The position numbers were made by a program, and so were the translations under genes. 64,000 nucleotides of DNA. Source: a virus. Shown here piece by piece: positions 27,139 through 36,359 of this stretch (positions are counted from its first letter, which is position 1; the number at the start of each line of letters is the position of its first letter). Location: positions 32,001 through 96,000 of IMG/VR virus record IMGVR_UViG_3300043411_002995; one strand, given 5' to 3'. The notes below the pieces were generated by a model. It was not told the origin of the DNA, searched no databases, and was given only the letters and a program-made list of their open reading frames with translations.

Positions 27139-27852
27139 TCAGGCCTGGAGGTCGCGGACCGTGGCGAAGCCGAGCGGCGAGCCGCCACCCAGGCCGATCG
27201 CGGCCGCCTCGGGGTCGGTGCCGGTGCCCTGGCCGGCCGAGATGGTCTTGGTCGGGGCGAGGGTGTCCGAGTAGGTCTGCTTCGGGCCGGGGCCCGAGGT
27301 GACCATCTTCTCGTCGTGGTTCGCCGACCCGGCGAAGTTGGTCTCGAGCGTGGGCAGGCCGCGCTCGCCGAGCGCCGGGGTCTTCGCCCCCGACTCCGAC
27401 TCGGTCATCTGGTTGTCGGGGGCGGTCGTCGCCAGGCCCTCGGCCAGCTTGTGGAACTCGGAGAAGAAGCCGCGCGCCATGATGCGGCCGGCGGCGTCGT
27501 ACTCCTGCGCGACCTTCATGATCTGGCCGTCGTCCTCGTCGGCGACCTGCTCCTCGGCCTCGGCGGCCGCGAGCTTCTCCGCCATGGCGGCGAAGTCGAC
27601 GTCGTCCTGCTCGACCTCGGGCGCCGGCGCGTGAGCGGCGGCCGCGGCCTGCTTGACGTGATCCTGATCGGTGAGCGCGAGGTAGAGGCTGGCGAGCGAG
27701 TTCATCTGGTCTCCTCCGGAGGCGAGCTTGGTGTGGTCGCCGCCGGTGGCGGCAGGCTTGCGCGCCGGCGGCGCGCCGGTCGCGGAATCGTGGGTCGTGG
27801 TCTCGGTGCTGGCGGACGCGAACTTGTTCATCAGGTCGCTGAGGGTGGGCAT
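27139..27852 (-). CDS. K-x-A putative head/scaffold protein (DxxGR paralog)
   Basis: KVAQEYDAAGRIMARGFFSEFHKLA; second strong RBS plus ATG at 27705. Confidence 0.7.
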   Translation of the reverse strand: MPTLSDLMNKFASASTETTTHDSATGAPPARKPAATGGDHTKLASGGDQMNSLASLYLALTDQDHVKQAAAAAHAPAPEVEQDDVDFAAMAEKLAAAEAEEQVADEDDGQIMKVAQEYDAAGRIMARGFFSEFHKLAEGLATTAPDNQMTESESGAKTPALGERGLPTLETNFAGSANHDEKMVTSGPGPKQTYSDTLAPTKTISAGQGTGTDPEAAAIGLGGGSPLGFATVRDLQA

Positions 27853-27854
27853 GG

Positions 27855-29672
27855 TCAGATCTCCTTCATGCGCCGCGCGAGCCGCTGGACCGACTCGAGG
27901 ATCGAGGCGTCGAGAGCCGGATCGCTCATCAGCCCGCCGAACTTGGTGAGGTGGTGAGTCGCGCGATCGTGCGGTGCTGCAACAGACGCGAGTCGCTCGA
28001 AGCCTCCACGGCTCCCGGCTTGCGATCGTTGCTGTTGAACACCTGCATGGATGTACGCGAGTGGGATCAATCCTGTGATCCCGGCCGTCTTGCGCTGATG
28101 GTAGGCTGGGCCGTTTTTTGCGTCAAGTCCGGCACCTGTGCCGTGGGGCTCCAGATCCCGCGGCGCCCCCAGCTGTTGCGCTGCCACGGTCGCCCCGACA
28201 CCTGCGCTGATCAGGAGCGGGAGCATCCAAGGGTGCTTCGCGATCGCGCGCACCGGCGACGGCGCCTTCTCGACCAGCTGGGGGAACGCCCGACGGAAGA
28301 CCATGAACCCGGCGGCGAGTGCGAGGCTGGCGGGCACCACGCCGGGCATACCCGACGAGAGCCGTCGCTGCTCGTTCGTCATGGGATACCACTGGCTGTC
28401 GCGGTTGTACCCCTCGATCTCCCCGCGCTTCTCCATCCGCTCGAGGCGGGCGGCGAGGATCTCGGGATAGCAGCTCCGGTCGGCGATGTAGGGGCGCAGC
28501 TGCAGCGCGACCTTCTCGCTGACGTCGTGCTCGCTCAGGTGCTCGAGCTCGCGTGCCCACTTCGGCATCGGGCCAGGCCGGTGCTCGTCGAACACCAGGC
28601 GGTGGGCCGCCAGCTTGTCCGCGAGGGCACGGGCGCCCTGCTTGACCAGGATGATCCGCTGGAACTCCTGCGGGCGCAGGTCGATCCCCAACGCGGCGAG
28701 CGTGGCGAAGATCTCGCGCAGCGGGAAGCCCGTGAGCTGGTTGAGCAGCGCCGGCGGCAACGCCGGCTCGGTCGACTTGACCGCACCGGCGTCCTCCATG
28801 AAGGCGTCGACCTTCGCCTGGTCGGACGGCGTCACGCCCTCGATCTTCGTCTCGCCCGCCGGGACCTCCTTGGTCAGGTCGGCGGTCTTGCGCGCCGAGC
28901 TCGCCTTCTCGGCGGCCGCGTACTTGGCGTAGAAGCTCTCGCCGAGCTCGGCCGAGCTCGGCCGGATCTCGTAGATGCACCCATCGTGCGCGACCTTCTT
29001 CAAGACGTGGCTCGCCTTCTCGGCACCGATCGTCACGAAGGAAATGTCGAAGAACTTCGGCTTGTCGTTGAACGCGAAGACCCGCCGTCCGTCCGGCAGG
29101 ATCTTGTTCATCTGGTAGCGGAGGTGCGGGCAGTACTCGGCCCGGTTCTTCGCGCGGTTGCCGCAGACGGAGCAGCGGTCCCACGGGACCCGGCACCCCA
29201 TCGAGACGTCCCAGTACCGGTTCGCGGCGAGGTCGCCGAGGATGTCCTGGCACTTCGCGTCGTCGACGCGGACGATCAGCAGGACGCGGTGCATGCCCGG
29301 GTCGTAGGCCGAGAGCGTGACCTTCTCGCCGTACGCCCGCGCCGGGTCCTTGTTGACGTGGTGCTTGAACGGGTAGGCGTAGTGCTGGAACGTCTCGTAG
29401 CCGTACTCGGGACCGGGGTGGCGCAGCGCCTCCTCGGGGAAGTAGTCGCCGTTGACGTTCGACCCGTAGTACTCGCCCGACCCCATCGCGTCGATGAGCA
29501 GCTGGGTCTTGCCCGGGATCGGCGCCGCCGATCGCAGGTACTGCTCGATGGACGCGGGGAGCTCGCGCGCCATCTTGATGTGGCCGATCGACCGCTCGAG
29601 GTTGGCCTCGATCGGGAAGATGTGCGGGCCGGTCCGCGCGTCGTACCCAGCGTAGTTGATCAGCTTGTACAA
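27855..29672 (-). CDS. Prohead maturation protease with Zn-finger insertion and long C-terminal extension
   Basis: TTG 29672; NVNGDYF, HHVNKD, DVSMGC, CSVCGN...CPH, FFDISFVTIGAE; upstream of the capsid gene. Confidence 0.75.
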   Translation of the reverse strand: MYKLINYAGYDARTGPHIFPIEANLERSIGHIKMARELPASIEQYLRSAAPIPGKTQLLIDAMGSGEYYGSNVNGDYFPEEALRHPGPEYGYETFQHYAYPFKHHVNKDPARAYGEKVTLSAYDPGMHRVLLIVRVDDAKCQDILGDLAANRYWDVSMGCRVPWDRCSVCGNRAKNRAEYCPHLRYQMNKILPDGRRVFAFNDKPKFFDISFVTIGAEKASHVLKKVAHDGCIYEIRPSSAELGESFYAKYAAAEKASSARKTADLTKEVPAGETKIEGVTPSDQAKVDAFMEDAGAVKSTEPALPPALLNQLTGFPLREIFATLAALGIDLRPQEFQRIILVKQGARALADKLAAHRLVFDEHRPGPMPKWARELEHLSEHDVSEKVALQLRPYIADRSCYPEILAARLERMEKRGEIEGYNRDSQWYPMTNEQRRLSSGMPGVVPASLALAAGFMVFRRAFPQLVEKAPSPVRAIAKHPWMLPLLISAGVGATVAAQQLGAPRDLEPHGTGAGLDAKNGPAYHQRKTAGITGLIPLAYIHAGVQQQRSQAGSRGGFERLASVAAPHDRATHHLTKFGGLMSDPALDASILESVQRLARRMKEI

Positions 29673-29676
29673 GCGA

Positions 29677-30516
29677 TCACTTCCACCGGGCGTTCCCGCC
29701 CGCGACGGACGCTGACGGCCTGACCCGCGGCGTCTGCGGCGCCTGCTCGCTCCGAGCTTCGGCCGCCTGCATCCGCTGCACCTTCTCCTCGATGGTGACC
29801 GGCCCACGCTTCGGCGCCGTCGGCCGGACTGCGCCGCCCATCCGCCCCTCGCGGATCTCGCCCACGTTGCGGTTGGCATCGGACCAGCGCTGAGCCTTGT
29901 TCGAGGGGGCGTTGTAGGCGGCCTCGGCGCGCGCCTTGGTCGCGGTGTAGTCCGTCCTCCGCGCCTGCATCCGCGCCTTGCGCGCGTCGGCCTCGGCCTG
30001 CGTGAGCTGCTTCCCAGAACCTGACGCGCGCGCCTGGGCGTTGACCAGCTCGCCGCCGACCATCACCTTGCGGCCCGGCGCGTTGTTGGCGTCGAACTTC
30101 TTGTTGTAGGCCTGCTCGCTGATGACGCGCTGCGCGCGCTGCGGGGCTGTCTCCCACGGCACGCCGGGGTCACCGCGACCGCCACCGCCCCCCTGCTTCT
30201 TCGGGGTGGCGGGCGGTGGAGTCGGATCTCCGGCCTTGCTCGGGCGGTAGCCGGGCGACGGACGCCATCCCTGGGGTGCGTTCTTCGCCGGCGACTCCAT
30301 CTTCTGGGTCGGGATGGCGCCGAGCAGGTTGCCGCCGGGCGCGCCCATCTGGTTGGGCGGCTTGGGCGCCGGCGCGCCGGGGACGCCGGTCGAAGGAGGG
30401 CGAACGATGCCGCCGGGCGGCGGCGGACGTGGAACCGACGGCACGCCAGCCGGCGCACCCCAAGGCCCTGCGACCTTGAGGAGCTCGTCGGCGAAGCCTG
30501 CGAGGTATCGGTTCAC
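29677..30516 (-). CDS. FxDELxK-family Pro/Gly-rich basic protein
   Basis: MNRYLAGFADELLKVAG. Confidence 0.7.
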   Translation of the reverse strand: MNRYLAGFADELLKVAGPWGAPAGVPSVPRPPPPGGIVRPPSTGVPGAPAPKPPNQMGAPGGNLLGAIPTQKMESPAKNAPQGWRPSPGYRPSKAGDPTPPPATPKKQGGGGGRGDPGVPWETAPQRAQRVISEQAYNKKFDANNAPGRKVMVGGELVNAQARASGSGKQLTQAEADARKARMQARRTDYTATKARAEAAYNAPSNKAQRWSDANRNVGEIREGRMGGAVRPTAPKRGPVTIEEKVQRMQAAEARSEQAPQTPRVRPSASVAGGNARWK

Positions 30517-30528
30517 GTCGATGGCCGA

Positions 30529-30933
30529 TCAGCCGCCCTGCGGGCGCGGCGGGAGCGGACCGTTGCCCAGGGTGACCTTGGCCTTCGGCGCGGCCTTCGG
30601 CGCGGGCATGCCCGGGTTCTTGTGCTGGCCGGTGACCGGGTTCATCTTGGTCTTGCTGCCGAACGCCTGGCCGGGGGCGTTGGTGTCGGTGGGCGCCGGG
30701 ACCTTGGGCACGCCGCCGCCCGGGCCCTTGCGGCCGGCGCGGCCACCCGCGAACGGGTCGTAGCCCGAACCGGTGGCGTCGGCGAGCTTGCTCAGCTCGT
30801 CGGCGAACGCGCGCGCGGTGATCCGGCCCGCGGCGTCCTCCTCCTCCGCCTGCTTGATGATCTCGGCAGCCTGCTTCTCGAGCTCGGCATCCTTCGACGC
30901 CATGGTGTCGTACACGTCCGTGAGGGTTCGCAT
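30529..30933 (-). CDS. FxDELxK / DxxGR family protein
   Basis: AAGGAG RBS; KQAEEEDAAGRITARAFADELSKLA. Confidence 0.75.
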   Translation of the reverse strand: MRTLTDVYDTMASKDAELEKQAAEIIKQAEEEDAAGRITARAFADELSKLADATGSGYDPFAGGRAGRKGPGGGVPKVPAPTDTNAPGQAFGSKTKMNPVTGQHKNPGMPAPKAAPKAKVTLGNGPLPPRPQGG

Positions 30934-30951
30934 CTCCGTGTCTCCTTCGGG

Positions 30952-31941
30952 CTAGCGCCCCGTGATCAGTTTTCGCACGCCGCCCAGAACAGTACCAGCG
31001 GCGTTGACAGGCGGCTTGCGCCCGAACATCCGCCCCACCCGGCGCGTCGCGCCGCCGGCGAGGCCCAGGCCCATCTTGCCGAGGACCAGGGCGGCGATGG
31101 CCGACCCCTGTGGGCTGCTGGTGATGGCCTTCACGGCCTCGTCGGCCTTGCCGGCCGCGCCGCGCGCGGCGATGCCGACGTTCTTCTTGAACTCGCTGCC
31201 GCGATCGCCGATGTAGTTCGAGGCGCGGTTCGCGTACTCCTCGGCGGAGGCGGCGCTCTTCTCGATCCCGAAGGACGTGCCGAGGAACCGGGGCGAGGCG
31301 TGCTTGCCCATCTGCGAGCTCGAGGTTGCGCGGAGCGACATCGAGCCGCCCTCCACGAGCCCGTGCTTCGCGCCGGGGGCGCCGTGGCTGGGCGCGCGCG
31401 CCTCGCTGCTGTGGAAGCGCTCGCCACCGGCCTCGAGCGGCGCCGGCTGCTCCTTGGCCGGACGGTGGAACCCGGTCGGCAGGCCGCTGTCGGCGTCCCA
31501 GTCGCTGGGCGCCGCGCCCGCGCACTTCACCGCGCCCTTCTTCTTGGGCTGGCCGGTGCCGTACATGCCGCCGCCGGCCTCCTCGCCACCGGAGTCCATC
31601 CCGCCAGGGGTCACGGCGGGGCTGGCGCCGGCCGGCTCGCTCGGCTTGGCCGGCTTGGTCGACGGGTCGTCCTTCGCGGCCTCCGCCATCTTCTGGTGGA
31701 AGGTCGCGTCGTCACGCCCGGGGAGGTCGCGGAAGAACCGCCCGCCGCGCGGCTGCGCGGCCTTCTGGAAGAACATCCCATCGCCAGCGACCTTCCCGAG
31801 CGGCTGGCGCTCGGGGTTGGTCTGCGGGTGCTTCTTCTCGGGGAGGTCGCTCATGTTCGGGGTCTCCTTCGCCCACTCTCGCGCCTTCTTGGGGTTCGTG
31901 GCGAAGAAGAGGCGCTGCTGGGCCTTGGACTCGAAGGGCAC
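30952..31941 (-). CDS. Putative head protein, low complexity
   Basis: MPFESKAQQR...AREWAKET N-terminus; KVA, KAA, KSA sites; C-terminal hydrophobic segment. Confidence 0.7.
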   Translation of the reverse strand: MPFESKAQQRLFFATNPKKAREWAKETPNMSDLPEKKHPQTNPERQPLGKVAGDGMFFQKAAQPRGGRFFRDLPGRDDATFHQKMAEAAKDDPSTKPAKPSEPAGASPAVTPGGMDSGGEEAGGGMYGTGQPKKKGAVKCAGAAPSDWDADSGLPTGFHRPAKEQPAPLEAGGERFHSSEARAPSHGAPGAKHGLVEGGSMSLRATSSSQMGKHASPRFLGTSFGIEKSAASAEEYANRASNYIGDRGSEFKKNVGIAARGAAGKADEAVKAITSSPQGSAIAALVLGKMGLGLAGGATRRVGRMFGRKPPVNAAGTVLGGVRKLITGR

Positions 31942-31945
31942 GCGA

Positions 31946-32797
31946 TCAGCCTTCGCTGGCGCCGCCGCGGAGGCGCTCCTGCAGGGCGGTGTGGTAGGCC
32001 ATCACGCCCTCCTTCCGACCGAGCATCCGGGCCTTCTGGGCGACCTCCATCACGTCGTTGGTCCCCTCGTCGTAGCCCTTCTGCTTGCCCTTGCTGCTGC
32101 CGAGCGCCGCACCACCGACACCGGCGGCGGCGCCGAGGCCGAGCATCTTGGCGACGCCGCGGCCGGCGCTGGGCGCGGTCTGCGCGGCCGGGCGCCCGAA
32201 GCGCATCATGCGGGCGAGGCGCCCCGCACCGGGCGAGGCGACCTTGACGAGTTCGTCCTGGAATCCGCGCATGAAGTTCATCGGCATCGCCTTCTTCTCC
32301 TGGGGCTGACTCGACTGCTCGAGCATACAGCGGACGAACGCCGCCTTGGGTGGAACTGCCTTGCGTGTCGCTACGTGATCGATGAGGTACTCGCTGAACG
32401 TGTCGGCGAAGTCCTCTTCCGGGCTCGTCTTGGCGTACTCGTCGACGAACCCAGCGCCGGCGGTGGACGCCGTCCACGCGGCGAGCAGCCGCGGGTTCGT
32501 TCGCACGATCGTGTGGGCGAGTTCATGAAAGACAGATCGCCGAAACTGCTCAGGATCGATCCGGTCGCCATCGTACACGCCCTTGTCGTAAACGACAATT
32601 GCACCCTCGGCCGGCTCGTACTTCGAGTGCCCCGGTGCGCTCGGCGGCGCATCTTCGAGGACCGGGCGCCGGACGAGCGTGCGGAGGTTCGGGTTCTCCT
32701 CGAGCCAGCGCGCGGGGAGCGGTGCGAGGAACCGCTGCAGCTCGGCCACCTCCGCCGGCGTCCAACGGCCCTCGAGCTCGAGCCCGCGAACCCTCAC
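31946..32797 (-). CDS. Zincin-like metallopeptidase domain fused to an FxDELxK-family protein
   Basis: FHELAH plus YAKTSPEEDFADTF; C-part MPMNFMRGFQDELVKVA with its own RBS at 32287. Confidence 0.65.
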   Translation of the reverse strand: MRVRGLELEGRWTPAEVAELQRFLAPLPARWLEENPNLRTLVRRPVLEDAPPSAPGHSKYEPAEGAIVVYDKGVYDGDRIDPEQFRRSVFHELAHTIVRTNPRLLAAWTASTAGAGFVDEYAKTSPEEDFADTFSEYLIDHVATRKAVPPKAAFVRCMLEQSSQPQEKKAMPMNFMRGFQDELVKVASPGAGRLARMMRFGRPAAQTAPSAGRGVAKMLGLGAAAGVGGAALGSSKGKQKGYDEGTNDVMEVAQKARMLGRKEGVMAYHTALQERLRGGASEG

Positions 32798-34281
32798 AGG
32801 ACCTTCTTGAGGTCGGCGAAGAGCTTCGTGAGGATGCCGCCGGCGAGCGCCGACCCAAGGCCGACCAGGCCGGCGAATCGGAGCGGGTGCTGCTCGCGCC
32901 AGCTCTCGGACGCGTGGCGAATCCCCGGCGTCGGCGTCTTGATGGTGGGGAGCAGCTCGTAGGGGTGTCGCCCGGTGATGAACGCGTCGCGCTCGGAGGG
33001 ATGGATGCGGGCGCGGATGTGCTTGCCGGACTCGGTGCCGTAGAGGTACATCGCGCCCATCGCGGCGGGGATCGCGGTGGTCAACGCGCCGGCGACGAAG
33101 TCCGGGGAGGTCCCGACCTCCTTGGCGGCGCCGGCGATCCGACGGCCGGCACCAGGTGAACCCATGATCTCGGCGGACTGGTGTCCGATCTGCGAGCCGA
33201 TGTGCTTGAGGTCGTCCCAGGTATCACCGACGAAGCGGCCGATGCCGATGGCTCCACCTCTGGCGGCGTCGATGATGCCGCTGGTCTTCTCGATGTCCTC
33301 CGGCGGCTCCTGCGCCTCCACCCGCGCCTGCCGCATGTACTTCCGCGCGAGCGCCAGGCCGACGATCGGCGGGATGGTGCCCAGGAGGTAGCTCGCCCAA
33401 GCCGGACCGAGCCGCTTGAACGACGCCCGCGCGGCCGCGGGGCCTTCGGTCTTGGCGATGTGCGAGAGGGCGAGGATCGAGGCCTTGGCCTCGGGGTAGA
33501 GCTGCGTCGCGGCCAGCGTGGCGCCCATGATCTCCGGGGCGTTGTCCTGCATGAAGGAGATCGCCTTGTCGTCGATCGTGCCTGGCATCATCTCCTTGAT
33601 GCGGTCGCCAGCGATCAGCGCGATCGGCAGCGCCGCGTAGGCGGCGCGCTGCAGGCCGGGGCCGACCTTGGAGCGCACCTTGCCGAGCCGGCTGCCGGTG
33701 AAGTCGGCGGCATGGCCGAGTTCGTGGAGGACCTTCTCCTTGCCGATCTCCTTGAGGAAGACCTCCTTGGTCGCGTGGTTGTAGTAGTTCCCGCTGAGCA
33801 GGCCGTTCTGGAAGTTCAGGCGAACGCCCTTGTTGGCCAGGTCGTGCTTGCCGATGAAGGAGTCGACGACCTTCTGGATCTCGGGGATCTTCTTCGCCGC
33901 CTCCATGATGGCGTCCTTGTCCGCGGCATCGTGGGCCAGCCGCAGACGGGCGGAGACGTTGAAGAGGCCCATCAGCTTGGACGGCTGCACCTGCGGCCGC
34001 GCTTCCGCCAGCGTGGGCGCGTTGCGGAGCTGCAGCGCGTTGTGCCAGGAGACCGATCCCTTGTCCGCCACGTTCCCGAGCGCCCAGCCGGCCCCCATCG
34101 TCGCGAGCCGGCGCGCGAACGGCGCGGTGCCGAGCGCGACGAGGCTCGCGATCGCGCGCTCGCCAGGATCGAGGCTGGTCGGGCTCGTCTCCCGCTCGGG
34201 CGGCAGGTACGGCGCCGTCGACGGCGCGTCGACGGCCGTCTTCTCGCTCAAGAAGACGCGGAGCGGGTCAGGGCGGGCCAT
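32794..34281 (-). CDS. Putative virion zincin-like protein with hydrophobic segments
   Basis: VLHELGHA and downstream YPEAKAS; EKTA near the N-terminus. Confidence 0.65.
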   Translation of the reverse strand: MARPDPLRVFLSEKTAVDAPSTAPYLPPERETSPTSLDPGERAIASLVALGTAPFARRLATMGAGWALGNVADKGSVSWHNALQLRNAPTLAEARPQVQPSKLMGLFNVSARLRLAHDAADKDAIMEAAKKIPEIQKVVDSFIGKHDLANKGVRLNFQNGLLSGNYYNHATKEVFLKEIGKEKVLHELGHAADFTGSRLGKVRSKVGPGLQRAAYAALPIALIAGDRIKEMMPGTIDDKAISFMQDNAPEIMGATLAATQLYPEAKASILALSHIAKTEGPAAARASFKRLGPAWASYLLGTIPPIVGLALARKYMRQARVEAQEPPEDIEKTSGIIDAARGGAIGIGRFVGDTWDDLKHIGSQIGHQSAEIMGSPGAGRRIAGAAKEVGTSPDFVAGALTTAIPAAMGAMYLYGTESGKHIRARIHPSERDAFITGRHPYELLPTIKTPTPGIRHASESWREQHPLRFAGLVGLGSALAGGILTKLFADLKKVL

Positions 34282-34288
34282 GTGGAGA

Positions 34289-34993
34289 TCACACCCCCAT
34301 CGCCTTCGTCGCGAACTCGCCGGCCTTGATCGGCGAGGGGCGCCCGCTGCCGCGGCGCTGCTCGTTCATCTCGTCGATGCTGGCCTGGGCCTCGGCGAGC
34401 ATCTTGACCTCGCCGGGGGCGACGTTCCGGCTCATCGTGCTCGCGGTCAGCCACGTGCCCGCGACGAGCGGATCGGCGGCGAGGGTGGGGGCGTAGCGGG
34501 CGAGCACCCCGAAGTGGCTCGCCACCAGCCCCGGCTTGGTCTCCTCGACGTCCTTCAGGTTCGGATGCACGTCGTAGAGCTGCGCGTAGGACGACTGGAT
34601 GTCGTTGTCGACCTGCTTGTCGCGGCTGTGGCGCAGCAGGCCCTGCACGCCCGCGGTGGCGCCCGCGGTCATCGCGGACAGCGCGAGCATCTTGGCCAGG
34701 TTGAGCCCGACGTCCGACCAGCCCGGCGAGAGCCGGCCCGCGCCCTCGGCCACCTCCTTCACGCCGGTCGCTCCGCCCGTGCGGAGCTTCTCGAGGAGGC
34801 TCAGCGGTGGCTGGACGACCTTCTTGGCCACGTCGTCGGCGCCGCCGCGGAGCCGACTGAACCAGCTGGCAGCCTCTTTCTGGAGGGCCTGCTTGATCAG
34901 GCGCTGGCGAACGGTCGCGACCTCGTCCGCGGCCTGCTTGGACAGGAGACCGTTGGCGAGGCAGGCATCAAGGAGCTCGGCGGACGTGGCCAT
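34289..34993 (-). CDS. K-x-A putative head protein
   Basis: GAGGTG RBS, ATG 34993; SKQA, IKQA, QKEA. Confidence 0.7.
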   Translation of the reverse strand: MATSAELLDACLANGLLSKQAADEVATVRQRLIKQALQKEAASWFSRLRGGADDVAKKVVQPPLSLLEKLRTGGATGVKEVAEGAGRLSPGWSDVGLNLAKMLALSAMTAGATAGVQGLLRHSRDKQVDNDIQSSYAQLYDVHPNLKDVEETKPGLVASHFGVLARYAPTLAADPLVAGTWLTASTMSRNVAPGEVKMLAEAQASIDEMNEQRRGSGRPSPIKAGEFATKAMGV

Positions 34994-34997
34994 CTGA

Positions 34998-35336
34998 TCA
35001 CCTCTTGAACTTGGCGGCATCGTAGTCCCGGTGGAGCCGCTTCAGCTGGCCCTTGGCGGGGCGCTTGTTGAAGAGGTCGTTGAAGTTCGTGTAGGCGGCC
35101 TCGCTCGCCTGTGCGTGGCCCGTGTTCGGGTCGACGGCCGCGGCCAGGTAGCGCGGCTTGTCGCCACCGCGGAGCCCGCGCTTGTAGGCGCTCGAGCTCG
35201 CCATGCCCGTGGCCGCGACCGTGCCGGCCGCGGTGACCGCGATCAAGGGGTGCTTGACCGTGAACTTGCCCACGCCCTTCAGCACGCCGCCGACCTTGAC
35301 GAGCTCGTCCGCGAAGCCGGTGAGGAACGCATCCAT
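34998..35336 (-). CDS. Small FxDELxK-family protein
   Basis: MDAFLTGFADELVKVGG; TGATG overlap. Confidence 0.72.
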   Translation of the reverse strand: MDAFLTGFADELVKVGGVLKGVGKFTVKHPLIAVTAAGTVAATGMASSSAYKRGLRGGDKPRYLAAAVDPNTGHAQASEAAYTNFNDLFNKRPAKGQLKRLHRDYDAAKFKR

Positions 35337-36271
35337 CACAGATCCCGGAGCTTCTGCTGGTTGATCGTGATCTCGTCGTCGATGCGCAGGATGTCGCGCA
35401 GGCCGTTCTTGATCTCGTCGGTCTTGCGCTGGATGGTGTCGAGCGACACGAGCACCGGGTGCGCGCCGTTGATGATGGTCGTGTTGCCGAGGTTCTCGCT
35501 GATCAGGTCGGCGGCGACCGGCGCGATCGCGAGCTTCACCAGCCGGGACCGCACGTCCCCGTGCGTGTCGGCGATGAGGCGGGCCTCGAACTTGGGGATG
35601 AGCTCGCCCGCGAGCTTGGCGTGCCCGGCGATCACCGAGGCGACCAGGACCTGGCGCATCGTGGCGCCACCGAGCACGGTCTGCTTGACCTGCTCGAACG
35701 CCCGCTTCTCGAGGGACTCGACCTCCATGCCCAGGCGCATGACCTGGTCGGCGAGCTGCTGGCGTGCGGCCGCCTGCTTCTGCAGGATGACGATCACTCG
35801 CTGGCGATCGCTGGGCCCCGCGAGCCCGTTGTGCACCGCGGCGGGGTCGACGCCCATCATCGAGGCCATCGATGGGCCGGGCTGCGGGATGCCGCGCGGC
35901 GGGCCGGCGTAGTCGGAGGTGGTGACAGGCAGCGTCTCCGGGTCGACCGATCCGTCGCCGGCCCCGCAGCCGCAGGCTGCGAGCACGACCTTCGAGTCGG
36001 CGAGGGGGAAGGCGATCTTCTCCTTCTGCGCGGTCTTCGACCAGAGCCCCTGGTGCGTGGCGATGTTCGCCATCTCGCAGACCCGGGCGATCTGGTTCGC
36101 GTTGAGCTCGTTCTCCTTCGCGAGCTTCGTGATCACGTCGTTGAGCTTGGAGCCCTCCTCGAGGTAGCGCTTCGCCGCGATCTTGGCGAACGACTCGAGC
36201 CGATCCGACGCCACCTTCGAGACCTGCGGCTTGCGGCCCTCGAGCAGGTATGAGAAATGCCCAACGTTCAT
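35336..36271 (-). CDS. K-x-A-rich putative head protein
   Basis: MNVGHFSYL; KVA, KIA, KLA, KTA, KQA, KRA, KLA. Confidence 0.72.
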   Translation of the reverse strand: MNVGHFSYLLEGRKPQVSKVASDRLESFAKIAAKRYLEEGSKLNDVITKLAKENELNANQIARVCEMANIATHQGLWSKTAQKEKIAFPLADSKVVLAACGCGAGDGSVDPETLPVTTSDYAGPPRGIPQPGPSMASMMGVDPAAVHNGLAGPSDRQRVIVILQKQAAARQQLADQVMRLGMEVESLEKRAFEQVKQTVLGGATMRQVLVASVIAGHAKLAGELIPKFEARLIADTHGDVRSRLVKLAIAPVAADLISENLGNTTIINGAHPVLVSLDTIQRKTDEIKNGLRDILRIDDEITINQQKLRDL

Positions 36272-36299
36272 CGAGGCCTCGCTTCTGGTGTTGACGTCG

Positions 36300-36328
36300 A
36301 GGGTATAGGCTACGCCAGGTCGGGTCAA
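36300..36328 (-). promoter_or_regulatory. Sigma70-type promoter for the head-protein operon
   Basis: TTGACC-N17-TACCCT. Confidence 0.65.
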
Positions 36329-36359
36329 GGAAGCGGAAGTACACCGAAAGGACCGCCAG

